A stretch of 64,000 nt of DNA from assembly GCA_963664225.1 (NCBI GenBank), contig OY760937.1:3520001-3584000 (forward strand), given 5' to 3'. Positions 50,278-60,300 of this stretch are shown here, piece by piece. The position numbers and the translations under genes were made by a program. The first letter of the stretch is position 1, and each line of letters opens with the position of its first letter. Source of the stretch: Verrucomicrobiia bacterium (lineage in GTDB: Bacteria; Verrucomicrobiota; Verrucomicrobiia; Limisphaerales; UBA1319). The notes under the pieces were generated by a model. The model searched no databases. It was not told the DNA's origin and was given only the letters and a program-made list of their open reading frames with translations.

Positions 50278-51498
50278 ATGGAGAATCAGGGCAGTTTTTT
50301 TGATTATGCGAAGGGCCTGGCGATTCTGCTGGCTGGAATGGGAGTCCTGATCTGGCTCATCGTGTATTCTTTGCGGCACAGCGAGGATCCGTTCCGACTG
50401 CTGAGCCGCATGGTGGCGTCCCTGGTCGCGTTACCGATCATCTACATCGGTTACATCTCCGGCATTCCAGGTTTCATCATCATTTGCGCCCTGGTTGCGG
50501 GGATCATTCTGGCCATCATCTGGACGCCCTACATCACCGCCGCCATCGCCACACCCTTCACCAATCTTTACGACGGCGGCAAAGTCGCCGCGGAACCCAA
50601 GCCCTTTTATTCCATCGCCGAGGGCAGACGCAGCACCGGCGAATACCAGGAGGCGATCGCCGCAATACAGGCTGAACTGGCCAATTTCCCGAACGATTTC
50701 CAGGGTCAGATGATGCTGGCCGATATCCAGGCCGAGAACCTTAAGGATGTGGCCGCCGCGCAGGAGACCCTTCAAGCCATGCTCGCCCAGCCCGGACACG
50801 ACTCCAAAAATGTCGCCTTCGCCTTGAACCGCCTGGCCGATTGGCATCTGAAAATTGACAAGGATGCCGAGGCGGCCAGACAGGCCATCGAGTGGATCAT
50901 CCAGATGTTTCCCGGCACCGAAGCGGCTTACCAGGCCTCCCAGCGCCTGGCCCACATGGACAAACTGGTCTCCGGCGAACACGAGGCGCAGCGGTTCGTT
51001 GTGAAGGAGCAGACCAAATATATCGCGTTGGAGGAGGGGTTCGATGGTATGAAACCAGCGCCGGAGGATTTTGAGGCGAGCGCCGCAGCCCTGGTCAAGC
51101 GCCTTGAGGAACAGCCATCCGACAACGAAGCCCGCGAGCAACTCGCCATTCTTTATGCCCGGAAATTCAATCGCATGGACCTGGCCTGCGAATTGATCGA
51201 ACAAATGCTGGCCCAAACCGGCGCGCCCACCCGCCACCGTGTTCGCTGGCTCAACCTCCTGGCCGATCTGCAAATCTCCGTGGCGTCCGATCCCATGGCC
51301 GCCCGCCAGGCTCTCCAGCGCATCATCGAAACCTACCCCGGAACGGTCGAGGCCGAAAAAGCCACCCAACGCCTTCTCTTCATCGATCGGGATCTCAAGA
51401 ATCTCAAGGCCCGCACCACCCTGCGCATCGGTGAATACGAACAAAACATCGGTCTCAAAAATCCCAAATTTCCGCCCACCGATAAACCCGGTGTTTGA
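50278..51498 (+). CDS. Membrane-anchored TPR-like protein, paralog 2
   Basis: Closely similar C-terminal region to paralogs 1 and 3. Confidence 0.8.
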   Translation: MENQGSFFDYAKGLAILLAGMGVLIWLIVYSLRHSEDPFRLLSRMVASLVALPIIYIGYISGIPGFIIICALVAGIILAIIWTPYITAAIATPFTNLYDGGKVAAEPKPFYSIAEGRRSTGEYQEAIAAIQAELANFPNDFQGQMMLADIQAENLKDVAAAQETLQAMLAQPGHDSKNVAFALNRLADWHLKIDKDAEAARQAIEWIIQMFPGTEAAYQASQRLAHMDKLVSGEHEAQRFVVKEQTKYIALEEGFDGMKPAPEDFEASAAALVKRLEEQPSDNEAREQLAILYARKFNRMDLACELIEQMLAQTGAPTRHRVRWLNLLADLQISVASDPMAARQALQRIIETYPGTVEAEKATQRLLFIDRDLKNLKARTTLRIGEYEQNIGLKNPKFPPTDKPGV

Positions 51499-51537
51499 TT
51501 CTTGAGAATGCGTGTCCGCCGCAGCCGCCTGGTCAGT

Positions 51538-51563
51538 TGTAGTCCGGGTGCCCTCACCCGGCG
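51538..51563 (+). repeat. GTAG-type REP-like palindrome, related copy
   Basis: TGTAGTCCGGGTGCCCTCACCCGGCG matches the reverse complement of 3551-3581. Confidence 0.65.
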
Positions 51564-51661
51564 CAATGCCTTTTTTCTGTCCAACACGGATGCAAAGGTC
51601 TATATTGAAGCACATCAGTCACGCGCATTAAACCCGTTGAACCCGCGAACACCCAAATTCT

Positions 51662-52882
51662 ATGGAGAATCAAGGCAGCTTTTTACAGCACGTGATTGGC
51701 CCGGCCATTCTGGTGGCGGGCATCGGAGTGATCATCTGGCTCATGGTGCGTTCTGTGAGGCGGAGCGACGAACCGATGCGCCTGATGACCCGGCTGGTGA
51801 TTTCGCTCATTTTGATTCCCATTCTCATTTTTGGTTATCATTTGACCAATCCGATCTTCTTTTTTCTATTCATGCTCGTTGGAGGGCTTATCGTGGCCAT
51901 CATCTGGACTCCGAGCATCACCGCCGCCATCGCCAGACCCTTTAGTAATCTCTATGGCGGGGGTGATTTCTCCTCCGACCCGGTGCCGTTCTATTCCATC
52001 GCCGAGGCCAAGCGCAAAACCGGCAGATACCTGGAGGCCATCGCCGCGTTGCGGGGCGAATTGGCCAGATTCCCAACCGATTTCAAAGGCCAGATGTTGC
52101 TGGCCGATATCCAGGCCGAGAACCTTAAAGAGGTTGGCGCGGCGCAGGAAACCCTTGAGCTCATGCTGGCCCAACCCGGGCACGACTCCAAGAATATCGC
52201 CTATGCCCTGAACCGACTCGCGGACTGGCACCTGAAGCTCGACAAGGATGTCGAGGCGGCCAAACAGGCCATCCAGTGGATCATCCTCAAGTTTCCCGGC
52301 ACCGAAGCGGCTTATCAGGCAAGCCAGCGCCTGGCCCACATGGACCAATTGGTCTCGGGAGGTGGCGAGGCGCGGCGATTCGTAGTGACCGAACAGGCCA
52401 AATACATTGCCTTGGAGGAGGGTTTCGAAGGATTAAAATCCAAGCCGGAGGACTTTGAAGTCACAGCCGCAAACCTGGTCAGGCGTCTTGAGGAACAGCC
52501 CTCCGACAATGAAGTCCGCGAACAGCTCGCCATTCTATACGCCCGGCATTTCAACCGCATGGACCTGGCCTGCGAACTCATCGAACAGATGCTCTCGCAA
52601 ACCGGCGCCCCCACCCGGCATCGCGTCCACTGGCTCAATCTCCTTGCCGATCTGCACATCTCCGTGGCCGCCGATCCTTTTTCCGCACGCAAGGCCCTCC
52701 AGCGCATCATCGACAACTCCCCCGGCACCGTGGAGGCCGAAAAAGCCGCCAAACGCCTTCTGTTCATCGATCGGGATATGAAGAACCTGAAGGAAGGCAC
52801 CACCTTCACCATGGGCGAATACGAGCAAAACATCGGACTCAAGAATCCGAAATACCCCTCCAGCGGCAAATCCCACGATTGA
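51662..52882 (+). CDS. Membrane-anchored TPR-like protein, paralog 3
   Basis: As for paralogs 1 and 2. Confidence 0.8.
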   Translation: MENQGSFLQHVIGPAILVAGIGVIIWLMVRSVRRSDEPMRLMTRLVISLILIPILIFGYHLTNPIFFFLFMLVGGLIVAIIWTPSITAAIARPFSNLYGGGDFSSDPVPFYSIAEAKRKTGRYLEAIAALRGELARFPTDFKGQMLLADIQAENLKEVGAAQETLELMLAQPGHDSKNIAYALNRLADWHLKLDKDVEAAKQAIQWIILKFPGTEAAYQASQRLAHMDQLVSGGGEARRFVVTEQAKYIALEEGFEGLKSKPEDFEVTAANLVRRLEEQPSDNEVREQLAILYARHFNRMDLACELIEQMLSQTGAPTRHRVHWLNLLADLHISVAADPFSARKALQRIIDNSPGTVEAEKAAKRLLFIDRDMKNLKEGTTFTMGEYEQNIGLKNPKYPSSGKSHD

Positions 52883-53300
52883 TCCCAGGTGGACGCGTGG
52901 CCTGGCGCGCTCGCCACGACTTGCCGGGTTTCCAACCTTGCAGGTTTGAATTTGCCACTTGTTTGTTGGTTCGCCTTGAACAAGAAAGAAGTGGTGTCCC
53001 TTCCCATTTTGTCTTCGTATCTTCGGTTACGGGACACCCACAATATTGCACTTTGTGTTTCAGTCTTGTTCGTGGAGCCGATGCCGATGATTCCGTAATA
53101 AAAGTCTAAAGTTAGTGTGCTTCCCTTCCGTCGGGTCGCCACCGCCAGATCGCCAGAATCGCACGTCCGCACAGACTGCGGTCCGGGCGCCCCCACCCGG
53201 CTTCAGGCTGCTCAACGCTCTTGCATTAAACAAATTGCATGTTGGTTTTGGATCGCTATAAGATTGGTGCCTGGCAGCGGTGAAACCATCGGAGGAACCT

Positions 53301-53513
53301 ATGAGCATGTGGCAAAATCTGAAAAGCGCAACCAAGTCGTCCAACGATCGTTGGATCGGAGGCGTTTGCGGTGGATTGGGCGCGGCAACCCCGATCCCGT
53401 CCTGGATGTGGCGCGTTGCCTTTCTCTTCTCCCTGCTGGCCTTCGGCGTCGGCTTGTTACTCTACCTGGTTTTGTGGATCTGCATGCCCAAGGATAAAAC
53501 AATGGCCATTTAG
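53301..53513 (+). CDS. PspC-domain protein
   Basis: KSSNDRWIGGVCGGLG...R...LYLVLWICMP. Confidence 0.88.
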   Translation: MSMWQNLKSATKSSNDRWIGGVCGGLGAATPIPSWMWRVAFLFSLLAFGVGLLLYLVLWICMPKDKTMAI

Positions 53514-53874
53514 TATTCGGCGCCGACCCGAAGTTTGGTTCATGGCTGGTTTCGAAAGCCGCCATTCCACCAAACCACATTGAATTCGTTTTCCTGAAAC
53601 CCGGTTTGTTTTCAATGCCGTAAAGTCTCTCCCCTTCTTTCCGCGGAATCCCCGCCACGACCAGTTTCGGACGCGATGACGCAATTGCCGAAGGTTAATG
53701 TCCTGCACACTTGGGCCCCGGCGGTCCTCCATGCGGCATTGACGGCGCACGGGCGGTAAGCCAGAGTACCCAATAGGCCTTAACCGCCGGACGTTCAGTT
53801 ATTTTGAACAACGTGCTGGAATTGTCTGGAGCCAGCAAACAATACGTTTCGGAACAAAGGCTTGGAAGGGTGCG

Positions 53875-56454
53875 ATGGCAAAACTAATCGGAAACGGAAA
53901 TCTGACGACATTCACCCGGGTGGTCATCCTGATCGCCTTTTACTTCATTGGCGGGCTGCTCGGGAAGTCGGCGTCGTTTCTTTCCGGCAGCATGGTGCTG
54001 GTCTGGCCGCCGGCGGGCATCGCCCTGGCGGCAATCCTGTTGTTTGGTTACCGGTTTTGGCCGGGAGTGGCGGTGGGCGCGGTCCTGTTTTCATTCATGA
54101 ACGGAACGCCGTTGGGCTTCTTCACCCTGGGAACGGCAATCGGCAACACCATGGGCGCCATCGTCTGCGCCTATCTGCTCAAAGGGTTGATCGCGTTTGA
54201 CAATGCGATGGAGCGCACACGCGACGTGACCGGGTATATCGGGCTGGCGTGTTTTATCGGCACCACCGTCAATGCCGCGTTCAATGTCCTGAGCCTTGCG
54301 TATGCCGGCACGGTGTCTTGGGACGATTTGTTTCCCACCACCCTGGCCTGGTGGGTGCCGAACGCCCTGGCGGCATTGGTCATCGCGCCGTTCATCCTCG
54401 CCTGGGCCACGACGTCCACCATCCGCTGGACTTCCAGGCTGATGCTCGAAGCGGCCATTTGCACCTTGGGCCTGGTGTGCGGGACTTTGATTTCCTTCAA
54501 TTCCTGGTTTGTCTATGGAATTCAAAACTATCCACTGGCCTACCTGCCTTTTCCATTCCTCGTCTGGGGCGCCTTGCGGTTTGGCCAGCGGGGGGCCACC
54601 ACCGGAACGCTGGTGGTTTCCGCCCTCGCCATCTATGCACTGCATAATGGGACGGGTCCATTCATGGCCGGCACGGAACGGGACAGCCTGATGATCATGG
54701 GCAGCTACATCGGCATGCTGGCCGTGACCAACCTGTTGCTCGCGGCTGCGGCGGCCGAGCGCCGGCTTGCGGAGCGGGCGGTTTCAGAAAGCGAAAAACG
54801 TTTCCGCGCGGTGGTGGAGGACCAAACGGATTTGATTTGCCGCTTCAAACCGGATGGCACGCTCACACTGGTCAATCCCGCTTTCTGCCGCTTCCATGGC
54901 AAAAAGAGCGAAGAGCTGATCGCCACGAACTTCTTCCAGACCCTTTCCGAAGAGGATGCCGCCATACCTCTGAGCTACATCAACTCGCTGCCCCGGGAAG
55001 AGCCCATGGTTTCGTTCGACCATCGCCTGCACGGTTCGGATGGCCTGGAGGTGTGGCACCAATACAGAATCCGCCGGCTTTTTTCAGAGAAGGGCGAGAC
55101 CCTCGAATTTCAAGCGGTGATCCAGGACGTCACGCAGGCCAAAAACGCCGAAAAGGCATTGCGGGCGAGCGAGGAAAAGTTTCACTCGCTCATCGACAAC
55201 ATCCCGGATGTGGTCTGGACCGCCACAGAAAATCGCGATCTCATTTACATCAGTGACAACGTCGTCAAGCTGCTCGGATACAATTCAGTGGAACTCCAGG
55301 AGGCGGGGCGGCAGCTCTGGCTGGATTGCATCCATCCTGAAGAACGCGCGCATGTCGCCCAGGCCTACCAGGAACTCTTCGATAAAGGCGAGAAGTTCGA
55401 CGTGGAATACCGCTTCCGCCACAAGGACGGTCAGTGGGTCTGGCTCCATGATCGGTCTCAGACCGCGCGACTGCATGACGGGATTCTGTGTGCCGACGGC
55501 ATTTTTCTGGACATCACACGCCGACGGCAGGCGGAGGCAGCCGTACACCAGGCCAGGGATGCCGCCGAATCGGCCAACCGGGCCAAGACGCATTTCCTGG
55601 CCAACATGAGCCACGAACTGCGCACGCCGCTCAATGCCATCATCGGTTTTTCAGAAATTCTCGCCGACAAGACTTTCGGGGATCTGAACGACCGGCAGCT
55701 CAAATACAGCAATAACATTCTCAATAGCGGACGCCATTTGCTCCAGCTCATCAACGATATCCTGGATCTGTCCAAGGTGGAGGCCGGGCGTGTCGAACTG
55801 GTGCGGGACAAGTTCGACGTGGCCAAATCGTTGCGGGACGTGGAATCGATTGTCAAAACTCTGGCCCAAAAAAAGAACATCCATCTGGGTTTCGAGGTTC
55901 CACCCGACCTTCCACACCAGTTTGCGGACGAGGCGAAATTCAAGCAGATCATGTACAACCTGCTCAGCAACGCCATCAAGTTCACGCCGGACGGCGGAAG
56001 AGTGACGGTGGCCGCCGCCCTTGAGGGCGAAGCCGCCTCCCGGGGAACAACAGGCTCCTCAAACGGGGTCACCGGCGAATGCCTGAAGGTCGCTGTTTCG
56101 GACACCGGTATCGGAATTCAACCGCGCGACCATCAGCGAGTTTTCGTGGAATTCGAGCAGGTGGACTCGTCCTACGGACGCAAGCAGCAGGGCACCGGTC
56201 TGGGCCTGGCCCTGACCAAACGCCTGGTCGAATTGCATGGCGGGCAAATCCGGGTGGAGAGCGACGGCATTGAAGGCAAGGGAAGCACCTTTACGTTCGT
56301 GATTCCAACCACCGCAATCGGGGACGAGCGGCAAAGCCTGGCCGCCCATGTGCAGGCGGTGACTTCGAATACGGAGCAGCAAACGCTGTTCGCCGGGCTG
56401 GAACACTTGGAGAAAACAAAGGACAACACGCATCGACCCGGAGGCAAGCCATGA
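53875..56454 (+). CDS. MASE1 + 2 PAS histidine kinase
   Basis: VWPPAGIALA (MASE1), PAS/PAC, FLANMSHELRTPLN, NLLSNAIKFT, GTGLGL. Confidence 0.95.
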   Translation: MAKLIGNGNLTTFTRVVILIAFYFIGGLLGKSASFLSGSMVLVWPPAGIALAAILLFGYRFWPGVAVGAVLFSFMNGTPLGFFTLGTAIGNTMGAIVCAYLLKGLIAFDNAMERTRDVTGYIGLACFIGTTVNAAFNVLSLAYAGTVSWDDLFPTTLAWWVPNALAALVIAPFILAWATTSTIRWTSRLMLEAAICTLGLVCGTLISFNSWFVYGIQNYPLAYLPFPFLVWGALRFGQRGATTGTLVVSALAIYALHNGTGPFMAGTERDSLMIMGSYIGMLAVTNLLLAAAAAERRLAERAVSESEKRFRAVVEDQTDLICRFKPDGTLTLVNPAFCRFHGKKSEELIATNFFQTLSEEDAAIPLSYINSLPREEPMVSFDHRLHGSDGLEVWHQYRIRRLFSEKGETLEFQAVIQDVTQAKNAEKALRASEEKFHSLIDNIPDVVWTATENRDLIYISDNVVKLLGYNSVELQEAGRQLWLDCIHPEERAHVAQAYQELFDKGEKFDVEYRFRHKDGQWVWLHDRSQTARLHDGILCADGIFLDITRRRQAEAAVHQARDAAESANRAKTHFLANMSHELRTPLNAIIGFSEILADKTFGDLNDRQLKYSNNILNSGRHLLQLINDILDLSKVEAGRVELVRDKFDVAKSLRDVESIVKTLAQKKNIHLGFEVPPDLPHQFADEAKFKQIMYNLLSNAIKFTPDGGRVTVAAALEGEAASRGTTGSSNGVTGECLKVAVSDTGIGIQPRDHQRVFVEFEQVDSSYGRKQQGTGLGLALTKRLVELHGGQIRVESDGIEGKGSTFTFVIPTTAIGDERQSLAAHVQAVTSNTEQQTLFAGLEHLEKTKDNTHRPGGKP

Positions 56455-56846
56455 ACGCCCGCCGTGTGCTCATCATTGAGGATAACCTTTTGAATCTGGA
56501 ACTGGTCGCCGATCTGCTCGAAGCCGGAGGCTTCAAGGTCTGGTCGGCGGCCACGGCCCAGGAGGGGCTGCGCATGGCGCGCGAACTTCTGCCGGATCTG
56601 GTGCTAATGGATTTCGGTTTGCCGGATACGGACGGCTTGTCCGCCACGCGAAGCCTTAAAGCCGATCCAGCCACGCGCCACCTGATTGTGGTGGGCCTGA
56701 CCGCCCACGCGATGAAGGGCGATGAGGCCACAGCGCTCGAAGCCGGCTGCGACGGTTATCTGACCAAACCCATCAACACCCGGACCTTCGTCGATACGAT
56801 CGCCAAATTCATTCCGGGGGCAAATTCGCGCCAAAACAACCCGTAA
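56451..56846 (+). CDS. Single-domain response regulator (DivK-like)
   Basis: IIEDN, VLMD, LTAHAM, YLTKP. Confidence 0.92.
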   Translation: MNARRVLIIEDNLLNLELVADLLEAGGFKVWSAATAQEGLRMARELLPDLVLMDFGLPDTDGLSATRSLKADPATRHLIVVGLTAHAMKGDEATALEAGCDGYLTKPINTRTFVDTIAKFIPGANSRQNNP

Positions 56847-56860
56847 TCCCTGGAACATGT

Positions 56861-57955
56861 ATGCAAAGCGAAACTCAAAACACCAAATTGACCGCCAAAC
56901 CGGGGCCGCCTTCCAAGGGATCTGTCCTGGTGGTGGATGACGAAGAGCAAAACCGGGGGCTTCTGCGCGATCTTTTGGAGGCCCACGGCTTCGAAGTGGC
57001 GGAGGCGGAAAACGGAACCATGGCGCTGGAGAAAGTGGCGCAAAATAGGCCCGACGTCATCCTCCTTGACCTGATGATGCCCGAAATGGACGGCTTCGAA
57101 GTCTGCCGCCGGTTAAAAGGCGCCGGGAAGACGGCCCACGTCCCCATCCTCATGGTGACGGCATTGTCTGAACGCAAGGAACGGATGATGGGCATTGCCG
57201 CAGGCGCGAACGACTTCCTTACCAAGCCGATCGATATTCAAGACGTGATCCTACGGGTTCGAAACGCGGTTTACACCACCCAGCTTCATACCCAGCTCCA
57301 GGCCGAGCAGGAAAAATCCGAACGGCTGCTGCTGAACGTCCTTCCCAAACCCATCGCCGAACGGATGAAGAACGGCGAACTCAACATCGCCGATTACATT
57401 CCGGACGCCACCGTGCTCGTGGCCGATCTGGTCGGTTTCAACGCGCTCCTGAAGCATGTTGATCCGGAACAGGTCGTCTTCCTGTTAAACGAGATTTTCT
57501 CCACCTTCGATCAATTAACGGAAAAATTCGGCGTGGAAAAAATCAAAACCAACGGCGGCCTCTACATGGTGGCCGGAGGGGTCCCCTCGCCACTGCCGAA
57601 CAATGCCGAGGCCATTGCCGAATTGGCCCTCAAAATGCAGGAGGAAATCGGGCAGTTCAACCGCCAGTACAACACCTCCTTCCTGGTGCGCATCGGGATC
57701 AGCTCCGGATCGCTCATCGCCGGGGTGATTGGCCGCAAAAAGTTCGTTTACGATCTCTGGGGTGAAACCGTCAATCTCGCCTATCGACTGGCCACTGCGG
57801 GTGAAGCCGGAAAAATCCAAATCGGCGAAATGACCTACGAACGGCTGAAAGACAAATACCACTTCAAAAAGATGCCCCGCATTGACGTCCAGGAAGACAC
57901 CAACCTGTCCGCCTACTGGATGGACAAACCGGCATGGCGCTTCGCCCCGAGTTGA
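56861..57955 (+). CDS. Response regulator with class III nucleotide cyclase domain
   Basis: REC domain, LLLNVLPKPIAERMK, ADLVGF, RIGISSG, YDLWGETVN. Confidence 0.92.
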   Translation: MQSETQNTKLTAKPGPPSKGSVLVVDDEEQNRGLLRDLLEAHGFEVAEAENGTMALEKVAQNRPDVILLDLMMPEMDGFEVCRRLKGAGKTAHVPILMVTALSERKERMMGIAAGANDFLTKPIDIQDVILRVRNAVYTTQLHTQLQAEQEKSERLLLNVLPKPIAERMKNGELNIADYIPDATVLVADLVGFNALLKHVDPEQVVFLLNEIFSTFDQLTEKFGVEKIKTNGGLYMVAGGVPSPLPNNAEAIAELALKMQEEIGQFNRQYNTSFLVRIGISSGSLIAGVIGRKKFVYDLWGETVNLAYRLATAGEAGKIQIGEMTYERLKDKYHFKKMPRIDVQEDTNLSAYWMDKPAWRFAPS

Positions 57956-58286
57956 ATTCCGGTGGAAAAGCCGGGGGAATCCTTCTCGCAGCCGAGGCGA
58001 AGAACAAACTCATAGAATTATACAAAACGAATCCAGAAGCAGCGGACTTTCGTAAATGGGAGGTCGAGCTACGACATCAGTTCATCGGCAAGGATGGAAG
58101 CGGGATTACCACGGTGGCGGATGTCGCAAAAGACCTGTGATCGAACAAAAAACTCCCTCACCCTTTCCCTCTGTCGGGGGCGAGGGGATATCCTTTCCCG
58201 CGCGGGGGCAATGCGAAACCGCAGCATTCATGAACGCCCCGCGGATTTATCGGTCTTCTCACTTTTGCAGAAGAATTTTGTCTTAC

Positions 58287-60145
58287 CGCACTTTACCCCC
58301 TTAAATTAGCCGCCAATCGGGCTTATCGCCTTTAAACGCAAGGGATTGAGGGGGAATGTAATAGTTCATATGTAGCCATACATATATCGATATTATATTT
58401 GACTATAAAACGCGCGTAACGTATTATGTGGCCATTATGAAGTCCGGCAAGCGTTTCCACCTCGAAATCCAAAGCCACAGGGCCAATCCCATCGGCCTGA
58501 TCCGCTCTTCCTACCGCGACTCCGACACCCAAGCTGTCAAACACACCCAGCACGGGCGCATCACCGGCGTGTCCCTGGACCAGCTCAAGCTGATCCAGGC
58601 CGCCTTTCAGGGCAAGGTCGTCCCCAAGGAGGATCCCAACGCCTTCCAATGCACCGATTCCAGGGAATACGGGGCCAGCCATGCCGTTGTGGAAACGGCC
58701 CGCCAATTGGGTTTGGACACCATTCTTTACTCCCGCAACGAGCCGTGGGTCCGGGATTGCCTGGCCATGATTGCTGGCCGGGTGGTTTATGCGGGCAGCA
58801 AACTGGCCCTGTCCCACCAGACCAAAAACAGCGCTCTGTGGGAGATCTGCGGGGTCACTGGCGAGGTGGATGTTGAAGACCACTGCTACCGGCCGATGGA
58901 CCGGTTGCTGGAGCGCCAGGAGGCCATTCAAAAAGCCCTGGCCAAAAAACATCTGCGCAATGGCCATGTCGTGCTCTACGACATCACCAGCAGCTATTTT
59001 GAGGGGGCCTACGAGCAAAGCGACGTCGTGCTTTTCGGCTACAACCGGGACTGCAAGAGCGGACACGAGCAGGTGGTCCTGGGTTTGCTCTGCGACGAGC
59101 GGGGCTGTCCGGTGGGCATCGAACTCTTTGCGGGCAACACGCAGGATGCCCAGACGGTGATCGATAAAATCCAGGAGCTGCGCCGTGAATACGGTTTGAG
59201 CGAGGTGACCTTCGTGGGCGACCGGGGCATGATCACCCAGGCCAACGCGCAGAAGCTTGAAAAGGTCCAGGGACTGCACACGCTCAGCGCGCTGACCCAT
59301 CGGCAGATGTTCGAACTGCTGGAGCGCAAAGTCATCCAACTCGAATTGTTCGACGAAAAGAAGATCGCCGAGGTGACCGACCCGGACAAGCCCGGCCAGC
59401 GCTATTGTCTCTGCCGCAATCCAGACACTCAGGCCCGGGAAACGGCCACCCGCCAACGGTTGCTCGAGCTCACCCGCCAGGGTATGGACAAGCTCGTCGA
59501 GCCCAAGAAAAAAAGGACCCCTGAGAAACTCGGTTCCCAGGTGGGGCGGCTGCTGGAAAAATACAAAATGGGTAAATTCATCCACTGGGAGGTTAAAGAG
59601 GGGCGGCTGGAATACCATTTGAAGCAGGAAGCCATCGGGCAGGAACAACTGCTGGACGGCTGTTACATTATTACCACCACCGTGACGGAAAGCCAGATGA
59701 AGACGGCCCAAGTAGTGGCCACCTACAAAAGCCTCACCTTTGTCGAGCAGGCCTTCCGCACCCTCAAGACCGTGGCCCTGGAGATTCGGCCGGTGTATCA
59801 CAAAAAGGATGATCGCATCCGCAGCCATGTGTTTTTATGCATGCTCGCCTATTACGTTTACTGGCACATGAAGCAACGATTGCAGCCGCTCTTTGAAAAG
59901 GATGGCAAGGGAAAGAAACGTCAATGGACCATGGAAAATGTGATTGAGCATTTGCGCGGCATCCGCAAACAACAAGTCAGCGTGGGCGGCGTGCACTTTG
60001 AGCAAATCTCTCAGCCCAACGAACAGCAGCAGGAAATCCTGAATCTGCTCGGAATCAAGCTGTAGCCATTTTGTTGAAATTCAAAATGAGCTCCACACCC
60101 TTGATTCTATTGGAGATTTCTTGTTTTTAAGCGGGGTAAAGTGCG
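58287..60145 (+). mobile_element. IS1634-family element (1859 bp)
   Basis: IRs CGCACTTTACCCC..TTAAA at both ends; 6-bp TSD TCTTAC (58281-58286, 60146-60151). Confidence 0.92.
58428..60065 (+). CDS. IS1634 transposase
   Basis: LYDITSSYFEG, FGYNRD, FVGDRGM, YKSLTFVEQAFRTLK, IRPVYH, RIRSHVFLCMLAY. Confidence 0.93.
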   Translation: MAIMKSGKRFHLEIQSHRANPIGLIRSSYRDSDTQAVKHTQHGRITGVSLDQLKLIQAAFQGKVVPKEDPNAFQCTDSREYGASHAVVETARQLGLDTILYSRNEPWVRDCLAMIAGRVVYAGSKLALSHQTKNSALWEICGVTGEVDVEDHCYRPMDRLLERQEAIQKALAKKHLRNGHVVLYDITSSYFEGAYEQSDVVLFGYNRDCKSGHEQVVLGLLCDERGCPVGIELFAGNTQDAQTVIDKIQELRREYGLSEVTFVGDRGMITQANAQKLEKVQGLHTLSALTHRQMFELLERKVIQLELFDEKKIAEVTDPDKPGQRYCLCRNPDTQARETATRQRLLELTRQGMDKLVEPKKKRTPEKLGSQVGRLLEKYKMGKFIHWEVKEGRLEYHLKQEAIGQEQLLDGCYIITTTVTESQMKTAQVVATYKSLTFVEQAFRTLKTVALEIRPVYHKKDDRIRSHVFLCMLAYYVYWHMKQRLQPLFEKDGKGKKRQWTMENVIEHLRGIRKQQVSVGGVHFEQISQPNEQQQEILNLLGIKL

Positions 60146-60300
60146 TCTTACGCCCGAACCGCAAAATTCCCGATGGCCCATGGAAACGGTCGCGGTTGCG
60201 ATTGATCCTGGATTTGGGAGGAGTCAAAGGCGCTTGCTTCACGGGGGGGGTGGCGCGTAGTTTACGCTTGCGTCGGCCCTAAAAAGCAGACGGTTTAATC

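Noticed and set aside
48934..52882. DGR-type diversification of the three paralogs
   Set aside because: Differences are not adenine-specific and span whole genes, consistent with tandem duplication.
53740..53800. Riboswitch upstream of the MASE1 kinase
   Set aside because: Only a weak hairpin, with no recognisable aptamer consensus.
57934..58140. 68-aa ORF after the cyclase gene
   Set aside because: It overlaps the cyclase end and has no recognisable family. It may be a gene remnant but cannot be supported.
58332..59828. 498-aa minus-strand ORF
   Set aside because: Antisense shadow of the IS1634 transposase.
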